A stretch of 33,591 nucleotides of DNA from Intoshia linei (taxonomy: Eukaryota > Animalia > Orthonectida). The notes below the pieces were generated by a model. The model ran no database searches, had not been told where the DNA came from, and saw only the letters and a program-made list of their open reading frames with translations. Positions within the stretch are counted from its first letter, which is position 1; every line of letters begins with the position of its first letter. Position numbers and translations under genes: made by a program. Location: assembly GCA_001642005.1 (NCBI GenBank), contig LWCA01000289.1:1-33591 (forward strand), written 5' to 3'. Positions 1-15,400 of the stretch are shown one piece after another.

Positions 1-395
1 ATTAGAGATACATCTAATTCTACTCAATGTCTAAGGGATATCACTGAAACCAGCTGATAAGAATAATATCAATAATATAATATTAATATTATAATTGATA
101 TTTTAATAATAATAATTAGTATTCTATTGAGACGCTAAAAAGAGCAATTGAGATATAATGGAATAGGATAACCCTGACACCTTGAATAAACAAGTTTATT
201 CTGTGAATGGTCGTATTTTTAAGTTAATAAAGACCTAGGATAAATATACAAACATACATGTATTATATTCAGTAATATTGATTGTATAGTAACAAGTTTG
301 TATTTTTTCAATTTAATATTCAGTAAAACTTTAAACATAAATAAATACAAATTGTTTATTTTTAAAAAGCAGTGTCACATTGTTATTATACACTA

Positions 396-450
396 CTAGG
401 TTGACTGTTATGTATTACGTACAAACAGCATCTAGCTCTGCCGAGGGCAC
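396..450 (-). mobile_element. Helitron/Helentron-like 3' terminus (hairpin + CTAG), copy 1
   Basis: On the minus strand, the imperfect hairpin CTGTTTGTA-CGTAA-TACATAACAG is followed by TCAAC-CTAG|T. A close copy lies at 33045-33100 and a partial one near 2320-2348. Confidence 0.55.
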
Positions 451-870
451 ATTTTTATTCTACCAAAAAAATAAAATCATAAAAATGTCACTATTCACTA
501 TTACCAATCTTTTAAACTTTAATTCAAATCTAAATCATTCTTTTAAATTTTAAAGGAATGATTCCCAAACGTGTGATGACAATTTTTTATTTTTAAATTC
601 CGGGATCATTACATTAGTGTATAATTAGAACATTAAAAATTTGTACAAAAAAATCCCCTAAAATCCTCTTTAAAATTTTCGTACAAAAATATTTCCCTAA
701 ATTTTAGGATTTAGGATTTAGATTAAACCCCTTTTTATATTATGATACAAAAAATTTTCTCTATAAACCATCATTAAAATTTTCTACAAAAAAATTGAAA
801 ATTGATAGCTATCGAATGTCTGATACCGTCATTTAAAAAAATAAATCCTAGAATTTAAAAAAAGGGTAAA

Positions 871-2163
871 TAGGGTGTTTCAGAAAATAGAAATTTTTCG
901 AATTTCTCTTAACCTTAGTAAAAATTAAGCTAGTATTTATATTTAGAGTACTATGTGACTTTTATTTTTTCGTAAACGTTGGTGGTCAAGTTGCGCACTG
1001 CAAATAAAGATTTTCTTAAACAATATTGAAAAATAGTTTATTATCTGAATTCTCATTGGTTTAATTAATGAACAACAAATATGAATATTATACGAAATAT
1101 CTTTATTTTTTGATGACTTTTTTTGAGTGAAACAGAGAAAGACGTCAAACAGAGGTGTAACACTTGTAAGACCAAATATATCTTGTAATATACTATGACA
1201 GATCCTATTTGATATGGTGTATTTTGCACACAATTTGTTGTACTTAAATTTTTCATATTTATATCTCCAATATCTGATTTAGGAAAATTTTCCTCATATT
1301 CAAAATCTTGTTTGTCACATTTTCTTTTTTATTTTTTCAGGTGAATTTTATTTGGTTTATGATACGTTTAAATTTCTGTCGAATATATGGATGATTAACG
1401 GTGGATGGTCCAGCTATATATCCAATCCCCATTTTTTGACTTTCTAAGAAATTTATATCTTCATTAATAGATTTAATTTGATTTGATTTTGTACAGTTAA
1501 ATATATTTGGTAGTTTTTCCAATAATATTAAGTCCTGTTTTAACATATATTTCATGCAATTTATATGAAACTATTGTGAAAACATGTGCTTTTTTTCCGT
1601 TCAAACATAATATTTGTTGTAACACCTTTTTTCTTGATGGAATTTTATTTTTATTAAAAATATATTCAAAGTAATAACCTGCAGCAAAATCGATTCGACG
1701 GAAAGACATAATTTTATTTTTAATTCAAGGTGTTTTAATTTAACTGACAACCAAAGTGTAAATTATTATCTGAAATTCAGATTTATTCAGATTCTGAATA
1801 GATTCTTTGTAAGAATTTCTTACAGTCGTTAATATTTTGTTGGTATTTGTAGATAAGTAATTAATTTATTATTTTTGTTGATTATAATCAACAATCATAA
1901 AGATCTACTAACGTTGATATTATCAAAATTATCATTTTGATGGATAACTAGCAGCAAAGAATAAAAAATTAATATTATTATTATTTAAGACTAAAATTGA
2001 GTTTAATTTAAACTTTAAATGCCGTGCGCATCTCAACTCCAAAATTTTTGCAGATTTTAATGCTGACATGATGTTTGTAATTATAATAACTAAGAAGAAC
2101 TAATAACTAACTAGACTAATTTTTACTAAGGCTAAGAGATATTCCGTTATGTGAAGCACCCTA
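871..2163 (-). mobile_element. Degenerate, internally deleted hATm-like DNA transposon
   Basis: Imperfect terminal inverted repeats: TAGGGTGTTTCA...TCTCTTAACCTTAGTAAAAATTA at 871 and the reverse complement TAGGGTGCTTCA...TCTCTTAGCCTTAGTAAAAATTA ending at 2163. The frameshifted minus-strand ORFs 1709-943 contain IPSRKKVLQ, EDINFLESQKMGIGYIAG and CAKYTISNR, which resemble hATm transposase N-terminal motifs as I recall them. No target-site duplication is visible. Confidence 0.6.
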
Positions 2164-3432
2164 TAAATATATAATAAAACTTTTCCAGAGTGATGCATTA
2201 TCACAAATAATATTCTCAGAAATTAAAATAATTATGTCCGACAATTTAAAAATATAGCATAGCTAATACCTTATTGTCCAGTTTTAATATACAGAAAAAT
2301 TTATATATGAAAAAATGTACTAACAGTAGCTAGCTAGCCGAGGGCGATCTTTTCTAATTTTAATATTGCTGCAAGAAAATATATATAAAAACTTCAAAAA
2401 ATCTGAATATTATAATTTTTGACTGATAAATTCAAATATTTAAAACAATAAATTTTGAAATAAATTAATTATGATGCTTAAAAGTGGCCCACGATATGTA
2501 AAAGGTTGCCGCCCTAGTTTGTTATAACTACTTTGTATAGCTATATTTATAATATAATTTTGTATCGTTTATATTTGTATATTATTTTGTAGTAGAATAA
2601 ATAAATTAAACTCAAAAAAAGTAACTTGAAAATTTTTGTTAACTATTTAATCAATAAATAATATGCAATTTACATTACAGTGTTTTTATATTTGTTTTTA
2701 CACTTTACAGAAACGTCTTTACACTTTGCAAATAATTTTTTGCGCTTTATAATATTGTTTGAATATTAATAAATAAAGTGCAAAAAAGGCAAACTGTATT
2801 AATTTATTCCACGATCCTACTCATGGAAATATATCCAATTCTCTAAAATTTCAGTTTTTTTCCAAGTCAAATAAAGGAGCTACAAGGTAAGCTATAATGT
2901 ATAAGGTAATTTACCTTAGGTCAGATGTTCCCAAACTTTTTCCACCATGGACCACTTGTCACAAAAAAAATGTGTGTGGACCACATAATTTTTAAAAAAA
3001 TCCCCTTAATCCTGAATACGTCACCAAGGTAATATTTATATTTTTTTATTATATATACCTCCTTAAATCGAAAATTTAACATTAATTTTGACATGGTAGC
3101 TTCAATGGCGTAATTAAAAAAATTATTAATTTTAAACATAATTATGGTAAACTACCAGTGCCGAATCTACCGTATCTGAAGACTAATTTATCTAGATTTC
3201 TACTTGCAATAAAACCTTACTAGAAAACATTGGCTGTTTAAGTCCATTTGAAAAACATAATTCAAAAAAAAATAATAATTATTTAAAATTTAATTTTTAA
3301 TTACACTTAGAAAATCAACATTAAATCATCAAATGTACCTTATTGCCCAATTATATCTTTTAAATAAATTTTTTGTTTTTATACATATTCTCATACCATT
3401 GAAAATTAAAAAATAAAGAATATATATATTTA

Positions 3433-6400
3433 TTATAACTGTTTTTTCTTTTTAACGCATATGAGCTTATTCGGATTAATTAAATCACAGTCCTTGTTGA
3501 TGTATTCTTGTAATAAATTTGAAATACAATTTTCAGTTATGTATTCAATTGTAGTACCAATTTCTTTGTATCTATTTGAATTTTAATGTGTTTATTGTAA
3601 ATGTTATTACTTTTTCAATTTTTGTTTTTTGTAAAATTTATTTTTAAATTGATTCATTTTCATTTCTTGGTCATCTATTATGCTTTCATTGTCGTTTAAA
3701 TTTATCAGTTCAATTTGAGATATTGCTGAAACGCCGCTCTAGTGGTTTATTTATTTATTTGTGTAAATTTAAAATTATAATATTTTTATATTTACTGGAT
3801 TGTCGTATTGCTTTATTTCGATATTTTGTGAATTTCCTTTAACTTTTTGGTTGTACATTTTCGATATTTGGGCATAATAGGGTACGTGTTCGTCATTTAT
3901 CGATGTTATAAGATTTTTAAAATCCTTGTTGTATAAAATGCTTCTATAAAAAAATATTAACCATTATGAATGATAAATCTTAAATTTGAAAAATTACAGT
4001 ATAGTATTATTTAATATAATTCCAACAGTATTGTATACACCTAATGGACATGCGGCACTTATTTTTTCTTTAATACTCTGTGTTTGTTCAGAATATTCAT
4101 TATAATCCAGTGTTGTTAATAATCTAAAAATTTGGGTAAATTTAAAATTTGTCTTAACTGTTATTACTTATCGACATAACTATGTATCGAATTGTCAGTT
4201 TTTTCGCAGTTTTTGTAATCGCTAATAATGCATGTTCTAGCATTTACTGTAAAATGAATAATCAAAGGGTTTGGTCTTTTGGGTTTGAAATCCATATATT
4301 TATCATTCGAATCACACGATTCAGAGTTCTAATTTTTTAATATTTGTAAATATTTTTATTTACCTTTAATGGCCCAATTTTTTCATCGGCATTTAAATCT
4401 TTTTCTGTTATATCAAATTCATATTTTTGTTTAATTTTATTTTTTTCCCAATCATCCAAATCCATTTCATAAGTATTCATATCGTCCATATTTATAGTCT
4501 TAATATTATTTTTTTAATTGTTTTTCATTTTACCTCGCAAATCAAGTCAATATTGTAAAAGGAGGGTTCTCCATATGATACAAATGTTATTTTCAGAGAC
4601 ACAAAAGAATTGGCTTCAACTATACCTTCGTTTGGCGTCACATAAACATACTAAATTTTTGTAATTATCAGTGTCGTTTTAAAGCTTCACCACTCAGAAA
4701 TCGAGATTAAAATTAGTTTATGAGTTTTAGTTTACAGTAAATTAACCCATTCCATTTAGAGTTTGGTGGATAGGCTTTTTATAAGACATTATTTAATTTT
4801 ATTAGATATCTAGATTCTAGAATTACTTTTGAATCGGATTTATTTGTTACATGCCATGAAAAAATAATCTTGTCGTTTAATTTGCGATTATACAAAAATA
4901 TTAATCGACGTGTCACACCAAATAATTGCATTGAATCAAATTCAATTTTGTCTGTAGATAAATATACAACCTAAGAATTTTGTATTGTAAATAGTTATTA
5001 ATGTAAATATATGTAAATAGTCTTTTATACCCCTTAAAAGAAATTTTTTCAATTTTAAGGTTGAATTTTTTAGTTGAAATAAAAAATTATACAGTTCCTT
5101 TTTTAAAAAATATAAAAAACTTAAAATTTCAGTATTTATTGATTTTAGTGGTTTTTATAGGATAATGATTAAATTTAAAATATCAATCTTTACCTCTTTA
5201 TCAATTATGTATTTTGGAGTATTTTGTGTTTGAATTAAATTATTTAACTGCTTGACGGGTGGAACAGATTTATGAAAATATCCATTTGCCGAAATAGTTA
5301 ATTGTATTGAGACGTCATCAACATTTACGGGAAGTGTAAACTATTATATATATTACATTCAGGGATTTACATTTATATTAAATTTTTAAAATTAAAAATT
5401 TCATTTAGGCCATCTTTTTAGTTACGTCGCTTATTTATGTATAAATATACCCAATACATTTTTTCTTCAATGGGCATAAATTTTATTTTAATATAATCAG
5501 TATAGCCAGGTTTTAGATAACCAGATGCAGTTAAACAAGTAAATATAAGTTGATTATAATTTTTCTAAAATAAATTCAAATATGATTAATCTAATTTTGT
5601 GCATTTACCTTATTTATTTCATCCATTCCTTTTAAATCAATATTGTAATATAATTCAACGTTTCCTCCATTGTACATTGCAATATTCTATATTAATAATA
5701 ATATTAATATATCAATATTGGCATTATTGTATTATATTAGAACTGGGTGGTGTAAATTTTTAATCAGAAATTCGAATTTTACGGTCCACCCAATAATATA
5801 ATTCTATATCATTTTAAGGATTAGAGATTGGATAGACTGTTAGGATATTAATCAAATTTTATTTCAAGTAAACTTTAAAGTAAAGAATTTTCTCTAATTT
5901 TAAAATTTTTTCGATATCTATTGAAAAAAATCAACAATGTACCAATTGTTTTGACTAAAATCCAATTTTTAAAAATCCCTTAAGATAAAACCCACATTTA
6001 ATACCCTTTTGGGTAAAATCAAATATTTCATAAAAAATCAACTTATACCAACAATTTTGAGAAAAATGCACATTACCAACCATTTTGAGATAAATCCAAT
6101 TTTTACCAATCCTTGAATGAATACTAAAGTGCTTTTTTTAACAGTGATGGCGTCACTTAATCAGATTGCCATTTTGTATGTGTTGATTTGACAGGTGATT
6201 TAAATTTAATTTAATTTAAAGTTCATTTTAAATTTATGATAATATTTATGATTTTAAAATCAGTATCAGAGTGTAAATTTTAATAAATTCTCAAATTCGT
6301 TTGATTTTCAAAAAAAAGGATAGTTTGGGTTTTTGACCTGTAAGATGTGTGTTTCGGAGGTTGAAATTTATCTTACTTTCACCGGAAAGGACTTTAGTAG

Positions 6401-9400
6401 AAATGTGGACTTTATAAAATTCTAAGACTTGTCGTTATTGAAATAAACGATAACATACAGACACATAATCATTTTTTTGTTAGAGTACACAAACGTTCAT
6501 TTTTACTTAGTTCATTATTACTCGTATAACGTATACTTAATTGGATGCAGTGAAAATATTTAGCTATTTTAAATAGCCTATTTACAATTATACAAAATTC
6601 TTCTTTTTAAAATTGAAAAATGTCTGAATGGTCTGCACGGACAGTAACCGATCCATTTATGTTCATTTTTTTAAATAAATATGGGTAGAATTATTTTGAT
6701 GAGCGAATTAATTACAGTGTACAACATTTTCTGGTTATACTCACTAAAATTTCGTAATAACATTTATAAATATTTAACGTATCAATCTTAAAATGGCAAG
6801 ATTGAATATAATTTGTCAATTATAAAAATCACCTGAATGGGTGATGAACCATAACCAATAGCTACGTCCTGTAACTTAATGTTTTTGTCATCAAAAAATA
6901 GATACGGACGATTAATTGATACTGTACGCCCAATAAAATTAATCTAAATAATTTAAATTGAATATAAGATGGTAAAAATTTAAATTAGCGATATTGACTA
7001 TTTTCGTAATGCTAAAAATATGAAATTTACAACCCGACAAAAAGTCCTGTTTTTTTTAAACTATTTTAGTGTTTATCATATTTTTGAACTATAACACCAA
7101 ATTGAGGTTTTTCAAAATTTTCCCAACTATCTTGTAACGTCCATTCCAAACGGAATCAGGTGAATACCGATAATTCAAGTTAATAAATTACAGTCATTTC
7201 CCTGCCTTGTTCGATTTTGAATAAAACTGGTAAGATATGAGTTCCTTCATGTGCATGAGCATATGTAAGCTTTACCGTTACGGATTCGGCAGGTTTTAGT
7301 GAACCTAATTTTGGTTCAATTAAGAATAAATTTTCTATATTCAAAAGCATCTAAATTAACAATATATACATGTAGTTCAAAAAGAAATGGCAGAAAACTC
7401 TAAATTTTACTTACATATGACTTTAAATACAATATACAAATGGAAAATATTGATTTATTGACAATCATTATTTTCATTTCATGTAAATTCACCAAAAATA
7501 TAGGGAACCACGTACCATATTTTATTTTAATTAAAAGTTAGATTCATGTTTATAAATAATTTCCTTGAAATATTTTAAAAATTTATTTACCTTCATTTTT
7601 GTTTCATCTTGCATATTTTGATCAAATATTTCTATGTCAGTACGAGCGTTGGATTTTTTTAAATTTAAGTTGTCATTCTTCATCCACATTGGTTGTTTGA
7701 TTCTTAAATCTCCCAGAGTCATAAAGCTCCTATTATATAAATATGTATTAATTCAATGCAATTTTAAAAATGATAAAAAAGCGAACATGATCACTTTTTA
7801 TTATTTAAATTTTAAATAAAACATGTTTAACATTTTTAATATTTTAACCTTACATTTTTTACCAAGCGCTATGTAAAGGAGCTAGGGTGACATGACGCAT
7901 CCGACATTCAAGAGTCTACCATTCTAAATCAATCACCCCTTTTTAGATGAAATTTTCAATGGCAAAGTGAAATTTTTTTATCCACCGGGTAATGCTAAAA
8001 AAGTTTAATAACCGCCGAATTAAAAATATTGGTGTGGCAGCCCCACTATTGAATCTCCACGGCCCTTTCAGATGCACGGACTCGGATACGCATATGAATA
8101 TAAATGTATATAAGTATAAATAAATAAACAAGCATTCAACATAATTTTTAAAAAAATTTATACATGTAAAAAAATCTTAAATTATAAAGAAATGTATTAT
8201 AATTTAAGATGAATTAAAACAAACCATTTTAATGGAACTACTCCAATATTCTCCAATGTAATTTTTATTGTGCAATTTTCAGAATTTATTGGAGCAGGAA
8301 CAAAATTAAACGTAGTTGTATCAATATCGTTACTATTATCAAGATATTCATCGTATCTAAATATAATTAAAATTTAAAATGCAAAAAAAAATTGATAAAA
8401 CTTACCCAACTCTAGTTAAAAAATTGTATTTGTATTCATTTTTTTCTGGAATTTTCTCCAATTTATTGTTTGTACTGATGAATAAAATTATAGTATAAAA
8501 ATTAAATAGATTTATTAAAATATTTTTTATATTACTCTATCAAATTAAAATATTTTTTCAATTCCTTAATACTTAGACATTGGGCTATTCCATATCCACG
8601 AATACTTGTTATTTTGATTAGAGGAAAAACACTTATGGCGTTGATTTCACATAGTTTATAAATTTTTGAATTTTCTAAAAGCGTATTTATATGTAGATTA
8701 AATGTTTTCATCTTGCATACTTTTTTTCATACATTTTACATACATAATATATTATATTTTTTAGCAGGATTTTCATATCATGGCTATGCATGGGTCGCAA
8801 GTAGAAACCCAAAATGTAGTATATGATATGGAAATTGGTTTAGATAAATATTTTATAATATTTTGTATCTTTTGCCCAAAATTGGAAAATGTATGGGGAT
8901 TATTAGTCATGACTATATTATATATATTGTCATAGCCGAATCTACCATACTGGAGATAGATTTTAGAGATTAATCATTCCGAAAATAAAAAATAGACTTG
9001 GAAAATTTTTTTCGCAAATGCTGCTTAATGCATATATACCTAATCACCTATCCATGACCAAGCAAGGGTCTGGATGTTGAAAGTTTATATTTTAAGATAA
9101 ATTTTACCGATATTTGCTTCTTTATTGTCGATTTTATAATTCAGTGTATAATTGTACAATTTTCTTTCAATAGGTGCAAATTCAACAACAATTTCACATG
9201 GAACGTATGGGTATAACACAATTTTTTTGGGATAAATATTCATTTCTATAATTTATATATTATTAATAGCAATGTAAATTTTCATGTTTATTCGTATATG
9301 TTATGTTATGTATATGTTACCGTATATTCATAAAATTAAAAGCGGTAAATTTAAAAAAACCCATTTTTACTACATTTTTTCGCGCGTAATGTTTATATCT

Positions 9401-12400
9401 AAGTTTAATTTTACAAAATTGACTCTTTCAGGGCAAAACCCCAATTTTCCTTCTTTTTAAAAAATTAAAATGGTCCCAGATCTTTAAACAAAATTACAGC
9501 TCATAGTGATTTCCAGTTAACACACACCTAAAATTTTAATCATACGTAACGCCTTCACAGTCAAAAAAGCACTTTGGTATTAATTTTGTATATTTGATAA
9601 TTATTATTATCTGATAATTAGAGAATTAGAGATTTAGATACCTTTTAAATCGTTTTCTTTGCAGTCCAATTGCAATTGAATAGAAACACTTCCAACCTGT
9701 AAATTAACCAACCTTATTGTTTTATACGATATTTGATTAACTATAATGTTTTTAAACAGTACTGTATCTTGTGACACCTAAAAATTTTAAAAAATATTAA
9801 AAATAAATTGAATATTAATTGTATTTGTATTATGATACAATTTGATGCAATAATCAAATTATGAATATAAATTTAAATTAAATACTTTTATATTTGTTGA
9901 AACGGATTTTGTTATAATTGAAAGAAAATGAGTTTTAATTGAATCAGTAGGCATGAGACGTTTTTCAATTTTTTTTTCACAAGAATTATGATTTAAAACT
10001 GATAGTACAGAATCGCTTTGATTGGATTCAGCTGATAATAGATCATCTCTTACTGGGTTAAGTTCATTGTTTTCATATAAACTTGAATGTAAATCATATT
10101 CATCCAAATTTTCAAATTGGTAATTTACTTGTAATTTTGCCAAGTACATTTTACATCCGATATTTGACGGCGTAAATTTTAAATATAAATTCTAAATTTT
10201 TTTTAGATTGAAATATTAGTAGATGATTAGTATTAGACAAAATATAAAGTTCACTGCAGCGTTTCCCAATATTTTAAATGAACCTACATATGCCATAAAA
10301 TTAATTCTTCGAAAACGCTTGTAAAAAGTAAGGTCGGTGTCGTACACTTGCGCGTCGTGTAACAATATACATTGTATATGTTACCGTCCGCTTGGAGTTT
10401 CAGTCATTTTGCAATTTTAGGCAATGTGAAGAAATTTCTTTCATCTTAAATTTTTTCAATATCCATCATTCTTAATTCCAATTTTACCAACCCTCAAAGA
10501 AAAAATTCACTTTAACGTTTTATTCTACAGAATGACTGAAACTCCAAACAATAACAAATACTGTAACATATATTCAAAAAAAATTTCTTAGAACGGTTTG
10601 CAACTTGCAAAGTTAAGCAAGAAAGTGTATATAAAATTATTCTAATTCTAAAATTAAGTATAATTATTGTCAATTTAATTTACCGATGGTGTCAAAGCTT
10701 TAACAATAACGTATTTTGAAATGAATTGTATTTCTTTAGCATTCGTATATGCTGATACTTTGACTGGAAATAAAGATGCATTGAAAAAACCAATTTTTTG
10801 AATTGTAGAGTGATTGACAGTAGTAGGATTAAAATAAATTGGACTATCTTTATTAAATTTTAATACATGTTCATTTGTTGGACTGTACACGTTCAAATGC
10901 TAAGATCATAAATTAAAAATATGCGAATCTAGAACATTCGCGGTCTCGGTAGAGACAACTAATATTTTAACATAGTAAAAAGAACACAAGATTTTATAAC
11001 AGCGGTGAGACCCATTTTACATATAAGCCACATTCCAATAATTAATTACAATAACATTAAATTACAACGTTATAATTGAAACTGAGATTAAATTTTTATA
11101 TCAGTAAATGACTAAATTCTAAAATCCAATATACCAACCCTTTAGAGACCAATAAATTTTATAAATTGTAATTACATATGATTTATATAATTTTACATAA
11201 CAACCCTAGTTTTAAATTTTCCCTGTTACCTATACCTATACCTGGTCACCTCATTAATATAATTTAAATAGAAAAATATTTTTTAATAAAATTTACCTTG
11301 ACTCTATTATTAAAAGTCGCTTTTAACGTATATTGCAAATTTTGTTTAATTTCGTCACTATTTTGTCGTTTTGAAATGATAAATATTTGTAAACCATTTT
11401 TTGGTATTAGACGTTTTTTGGGTATCACATTCATCAAATTATTTGAATCACTAAAAATGATTTTTTATAATATCAATTTAAATAAATGAAACATGATACC
11501 TTGATTGATCAAACTCAAATTCTACTAACAAAGGATTAGTATTACAATCATTTTTAACAACTAAAGTTTCATACAACGTTTTTGGTTCTAATAAAGGTTG
11601 AAATAAAATTTCCTCCTTATCCAAACTAAAATTGGGCACATACATATTTTTTTCATCAAATATGGTTCCTAAAATTTAAAATTAATTAAGTAAATACATT
11701 AACTTATAAACCAATGCAAACTACACATTTATGCCAAGGTGGAATTATTTTATTGTCTTGATTGTAATTATAATCCATTTGCGATTTATACGAAATGTAT
11801 AATTGTAGTGTATTTTCAATTATTTTTTTATCCAACTAAATACATAAATGTAATAAAATAAAAGCTTATAATATGTGTATTAAAATTTCATTAAAATATG
11901 ATGGAAAATAAAAATTACGGCTCTAAATGTCACTTGTATGGGTATTGATGATTGTGCTTGGATGTCAAATTTTGTTTCATTTAAAATAAAATTTTTAATT
12001 TGTCCTATTAAATTAAATGTATTATTATATTAATAATATGTAAATATGAATAAATGTTAAGTCATTATTCATATTTAAATATTTTAAATTTTATTATAGA
12101 AATATATAAAAAAATAAACGTACCAAATATATATACATTAACAGTTTCATTTGTGTGATTTGAAATGTAAAATGTCTAAAAATAAATTTAAATTGCGCAA
12201 TTAATATTATCATTTATCATTATTATTTACATTTAATTTAATGCAAGTTTAAGTATAATTTTGAAATATATTTTAAATTGCTCCATTAATATTGTCATTA
12301 TTAATTACAGATAATATCCAATAATTTCCTTAGTTATTATCAGAATTTGTTAATTTCACATTGATGGTTTTCACATGTTAATTTTGGCATAGTACAATGT

Positions 12401-15400
12401 AAAATGTCACCGTTAAAGTAAGTTATACGATATTTATTTTGGACTGATGATGTAAAATATTTTTTACTATAAATTTAATGCAATATTAAGTATACTTTTA
12501 TAATACATTTTAAATTGCGCTATTAATATTATCATCATTAATCACAGGTAATATTCAATAAACCTTAATAATTAACATTTTATATTACCTTTTTGAATTT
12601 TATTAAATTGAACATTAATATGGTTTCCGAAATGGTTATATATGGCATTTTGAACTAAATTTTTTGAAATAAATATAATTAATTCTGTATTTCTTAATCC
12701 AAGGTCTGTAAACTTTTATAACAGTTTGGTCACAATCTGAATTAAAAAACAATCATCATTTTCCAAATATTACATTACATATTCCTAACTAAACTGTCTC
12801 AATTTAAATAAAAAATAAAATTTACAAATGAAGATAATTCATTTTTAAAAACTAAATTTTGTTAAGTTTTATGAAATCTTTGCAAAAAACTTCGTCAACG
12901 TATTATATCAACGTTAAGAGTTTTTATATACATTTATTGTGTTACATACCAAGGTATTATCACATGCTTCTTCGTAAATCAGTTCATCATTTGATATTGG
13001 TGGTTTTACTAATTTGTATTCAGATCCCTAAATTTATCAATCACTTTTTTTATTAAAACATTTGTTAAATCGATGTGTATTAAATCTAATAATAATATAT
13101 TTCATGTTTAGGAAACTATATAACTTGAATGAGTTAAACATTTTTTAAATATTTCAAACTTTCATAAAATTGATTTATTAACACATGAATGTCCTTTTAA
13201 AATAAATCGTAGAAATCATCCAAAATCACAAAATTGACCATTTTCAAATGCATAATTTTTATGATACGTGGTTATTATTAATTGATATTGTAGCGTTGCT
13301 ATAGTATCACAATACAAGAACGATAATCACATTTATATACCACGAGCTTTATTATTAAAATAAATTTGTTCCTATAAATTTATACTTTACAATACAATTG
13401 ATATTCTCTTTTATCCGGATATCACTACAGACATATTTAACTTTTAACATTATTTTTAGCCTAATTAGGATTAATACTAGCATCAATTAAGAATATATAA
13501 CTAAACCTTAATTTTCATTAACAATAAGTTTCAAAAATTAAAAAACCAATTTATGGAATTTATAATTTATAAACGTGTAAAGTTAAAACCCTCATTTGCC
13601 GATTAAATTTTAATCGAATGACTACCGCACGGTCATATGTCCTAAATTTTGCATCTTATCATAGATTGTTAATGGTCGATTGAAATGCAAAATAGAATTT
13701 TAAAAATTTAAAATTTACACCTTGAATATGTAATTGTAATAATTATTATAAATATTATAATACAATATATGTAAATATGAAAATTAACCATTTCGCCAAA
13801 GTGAGAAGAATAATTTTTGCAATGATTCAAATATTTAAGTACATGATCCGTTTCTATTTTCAAAGGTCTAATAATATTTGAATAGCTTGAGCCAAATACA
13901 TGCATATTAATAGTATTCTAATTGAAATACATTAATGTAATATATTACATAATATCAGCGGTTCCCTATTGCCAGTTCGCGAATCAGTACCGGTTTTTGA
14001 AATAATATTACTGTTTCGTGAAAAATGTTTATGAAAATTGAAATAAAATATATTTATAAAATGTATAATTATTAAAAATTAAATTATCGTACTTTTTTAA
14101 AATTTTTTCTAGTAAATTCGTTTTAGTGATCCGTGAGACATTTTATAGTAAATTACCGGTTAGTGGTGAAAAGAGTGTGAGAATCCCTACATTATATTAA
14201 AATAAAAAACAAAAAAGAAAGAAACATAAATATTTTAACTAATTATAATTGATTTAAATTTATAAATTAATTGACTTCACTATTAAATTCACACGAATAA
14301 TAATTAATCAAATTTTTACAGTAAATAGTCCCATAGTTTGAAACGTACAATGTACTTTCCATGTGATACAATAGATTTTTAAATAAATTTTTAAAAAAAG
14401 ATTTCTAAGGCAAGGTTTCAGGTAAGTAACTAATATGTAAGAGTAATTCACAAATCTCATTATCAAATGTTGATTAGGTTAACACACCCATTCATCTCGG
14501 TATACATGTAGCCGATATTACCTGATTTGAAACCAAAATAAAAATTTTTCGGTAATAATTGATTGGATATCTTGGACAAAAGTTAATAATGATTCTTTTC
14601 TTTTCCAATCTATCAATTGTACCATTTGAACATGAAACATTGAACGATTCATCATTTTCTCCAACATTATATAGCTAAATGTTAGGTATTAATAACGATG
14701 AATTAAATTAAAGATCATTGCAGAATATTTAAACTCCGAAACGCTTCATAAATTAAAAGTAATTTCCTTATAAATACAAAACATACAAGCTATTTGATAA
14801 TAAACATATTAACCTGAAAATATGATGATGTATCGCTTTGATTTATTAGGTAAAATTCTATATTCTTTTTATTATTCAGCGGAATTACTCCAAAATTAAA
14901 AAAATTTTCATTTACACTTATTCGAGGAGCTAAATATATTATTTTAGTTTTATTCAATTTTTGCATATCTATCCAAGACTTAATCAGTACCAGCCAAGGT
15001 TATCTCACGTAAAATTATTATATTGTATCATGCTTATAATTTTTTATTTTTTGGATTTTTATTAAACTTTAAAATTTAAAATTTAAATTAATGTGAAAAT
15101 GTTTAGGCCCCAATTTTTTTAAGAATTAATTTAATTGGATTTGCGGTATGGCAATATTCAATGGTATAGTTTATACTGGTCCAACCTTAACGGATAGTGA
15201 GTAAGTACTACTGATAATCCGATCACATAATTAATTTATATATTTAAGTATATAAAATATAAATTATACCAACTGAAGATCCCGTTATATAAATTTGAGA
15301 TAACTTTGTACCATTATTTGATATTAAATTGACAATTTCAAAATATTTTCGATTTTTAAATGTTGGAATAAATTTAATCTAAATGTTTATAAAAATGTAA

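Noticed and set aside
1-60. Short open plus frame IRDTSNSTQCLRDITETS* at the window edge
   Set aside because: It could be the tail of an upstream gene but is too short to support.
2921-3139. 72-aa minus-strand ORF
   Set aside because: It overlaps a hAT-type MITE end (GTTCCCAAACTTTT...GGACCAC), has AT-biased composition and shows no protein features.
7943-8131. 62-aa ORF over a GC-richer patch
   Set aside because: It lies in a CFAP65 intronic region and looks like a DNA-transposon subterminal sequence; there is no coding support.
13295-13308. Near-palindromic X-box-like GTTGCTATAGTATC inside CFAP65
   Set aside because: It is far from any identified start, overlaps a plausible minus-strand acceptor (ctatag), and I found no nested gene it could drive.
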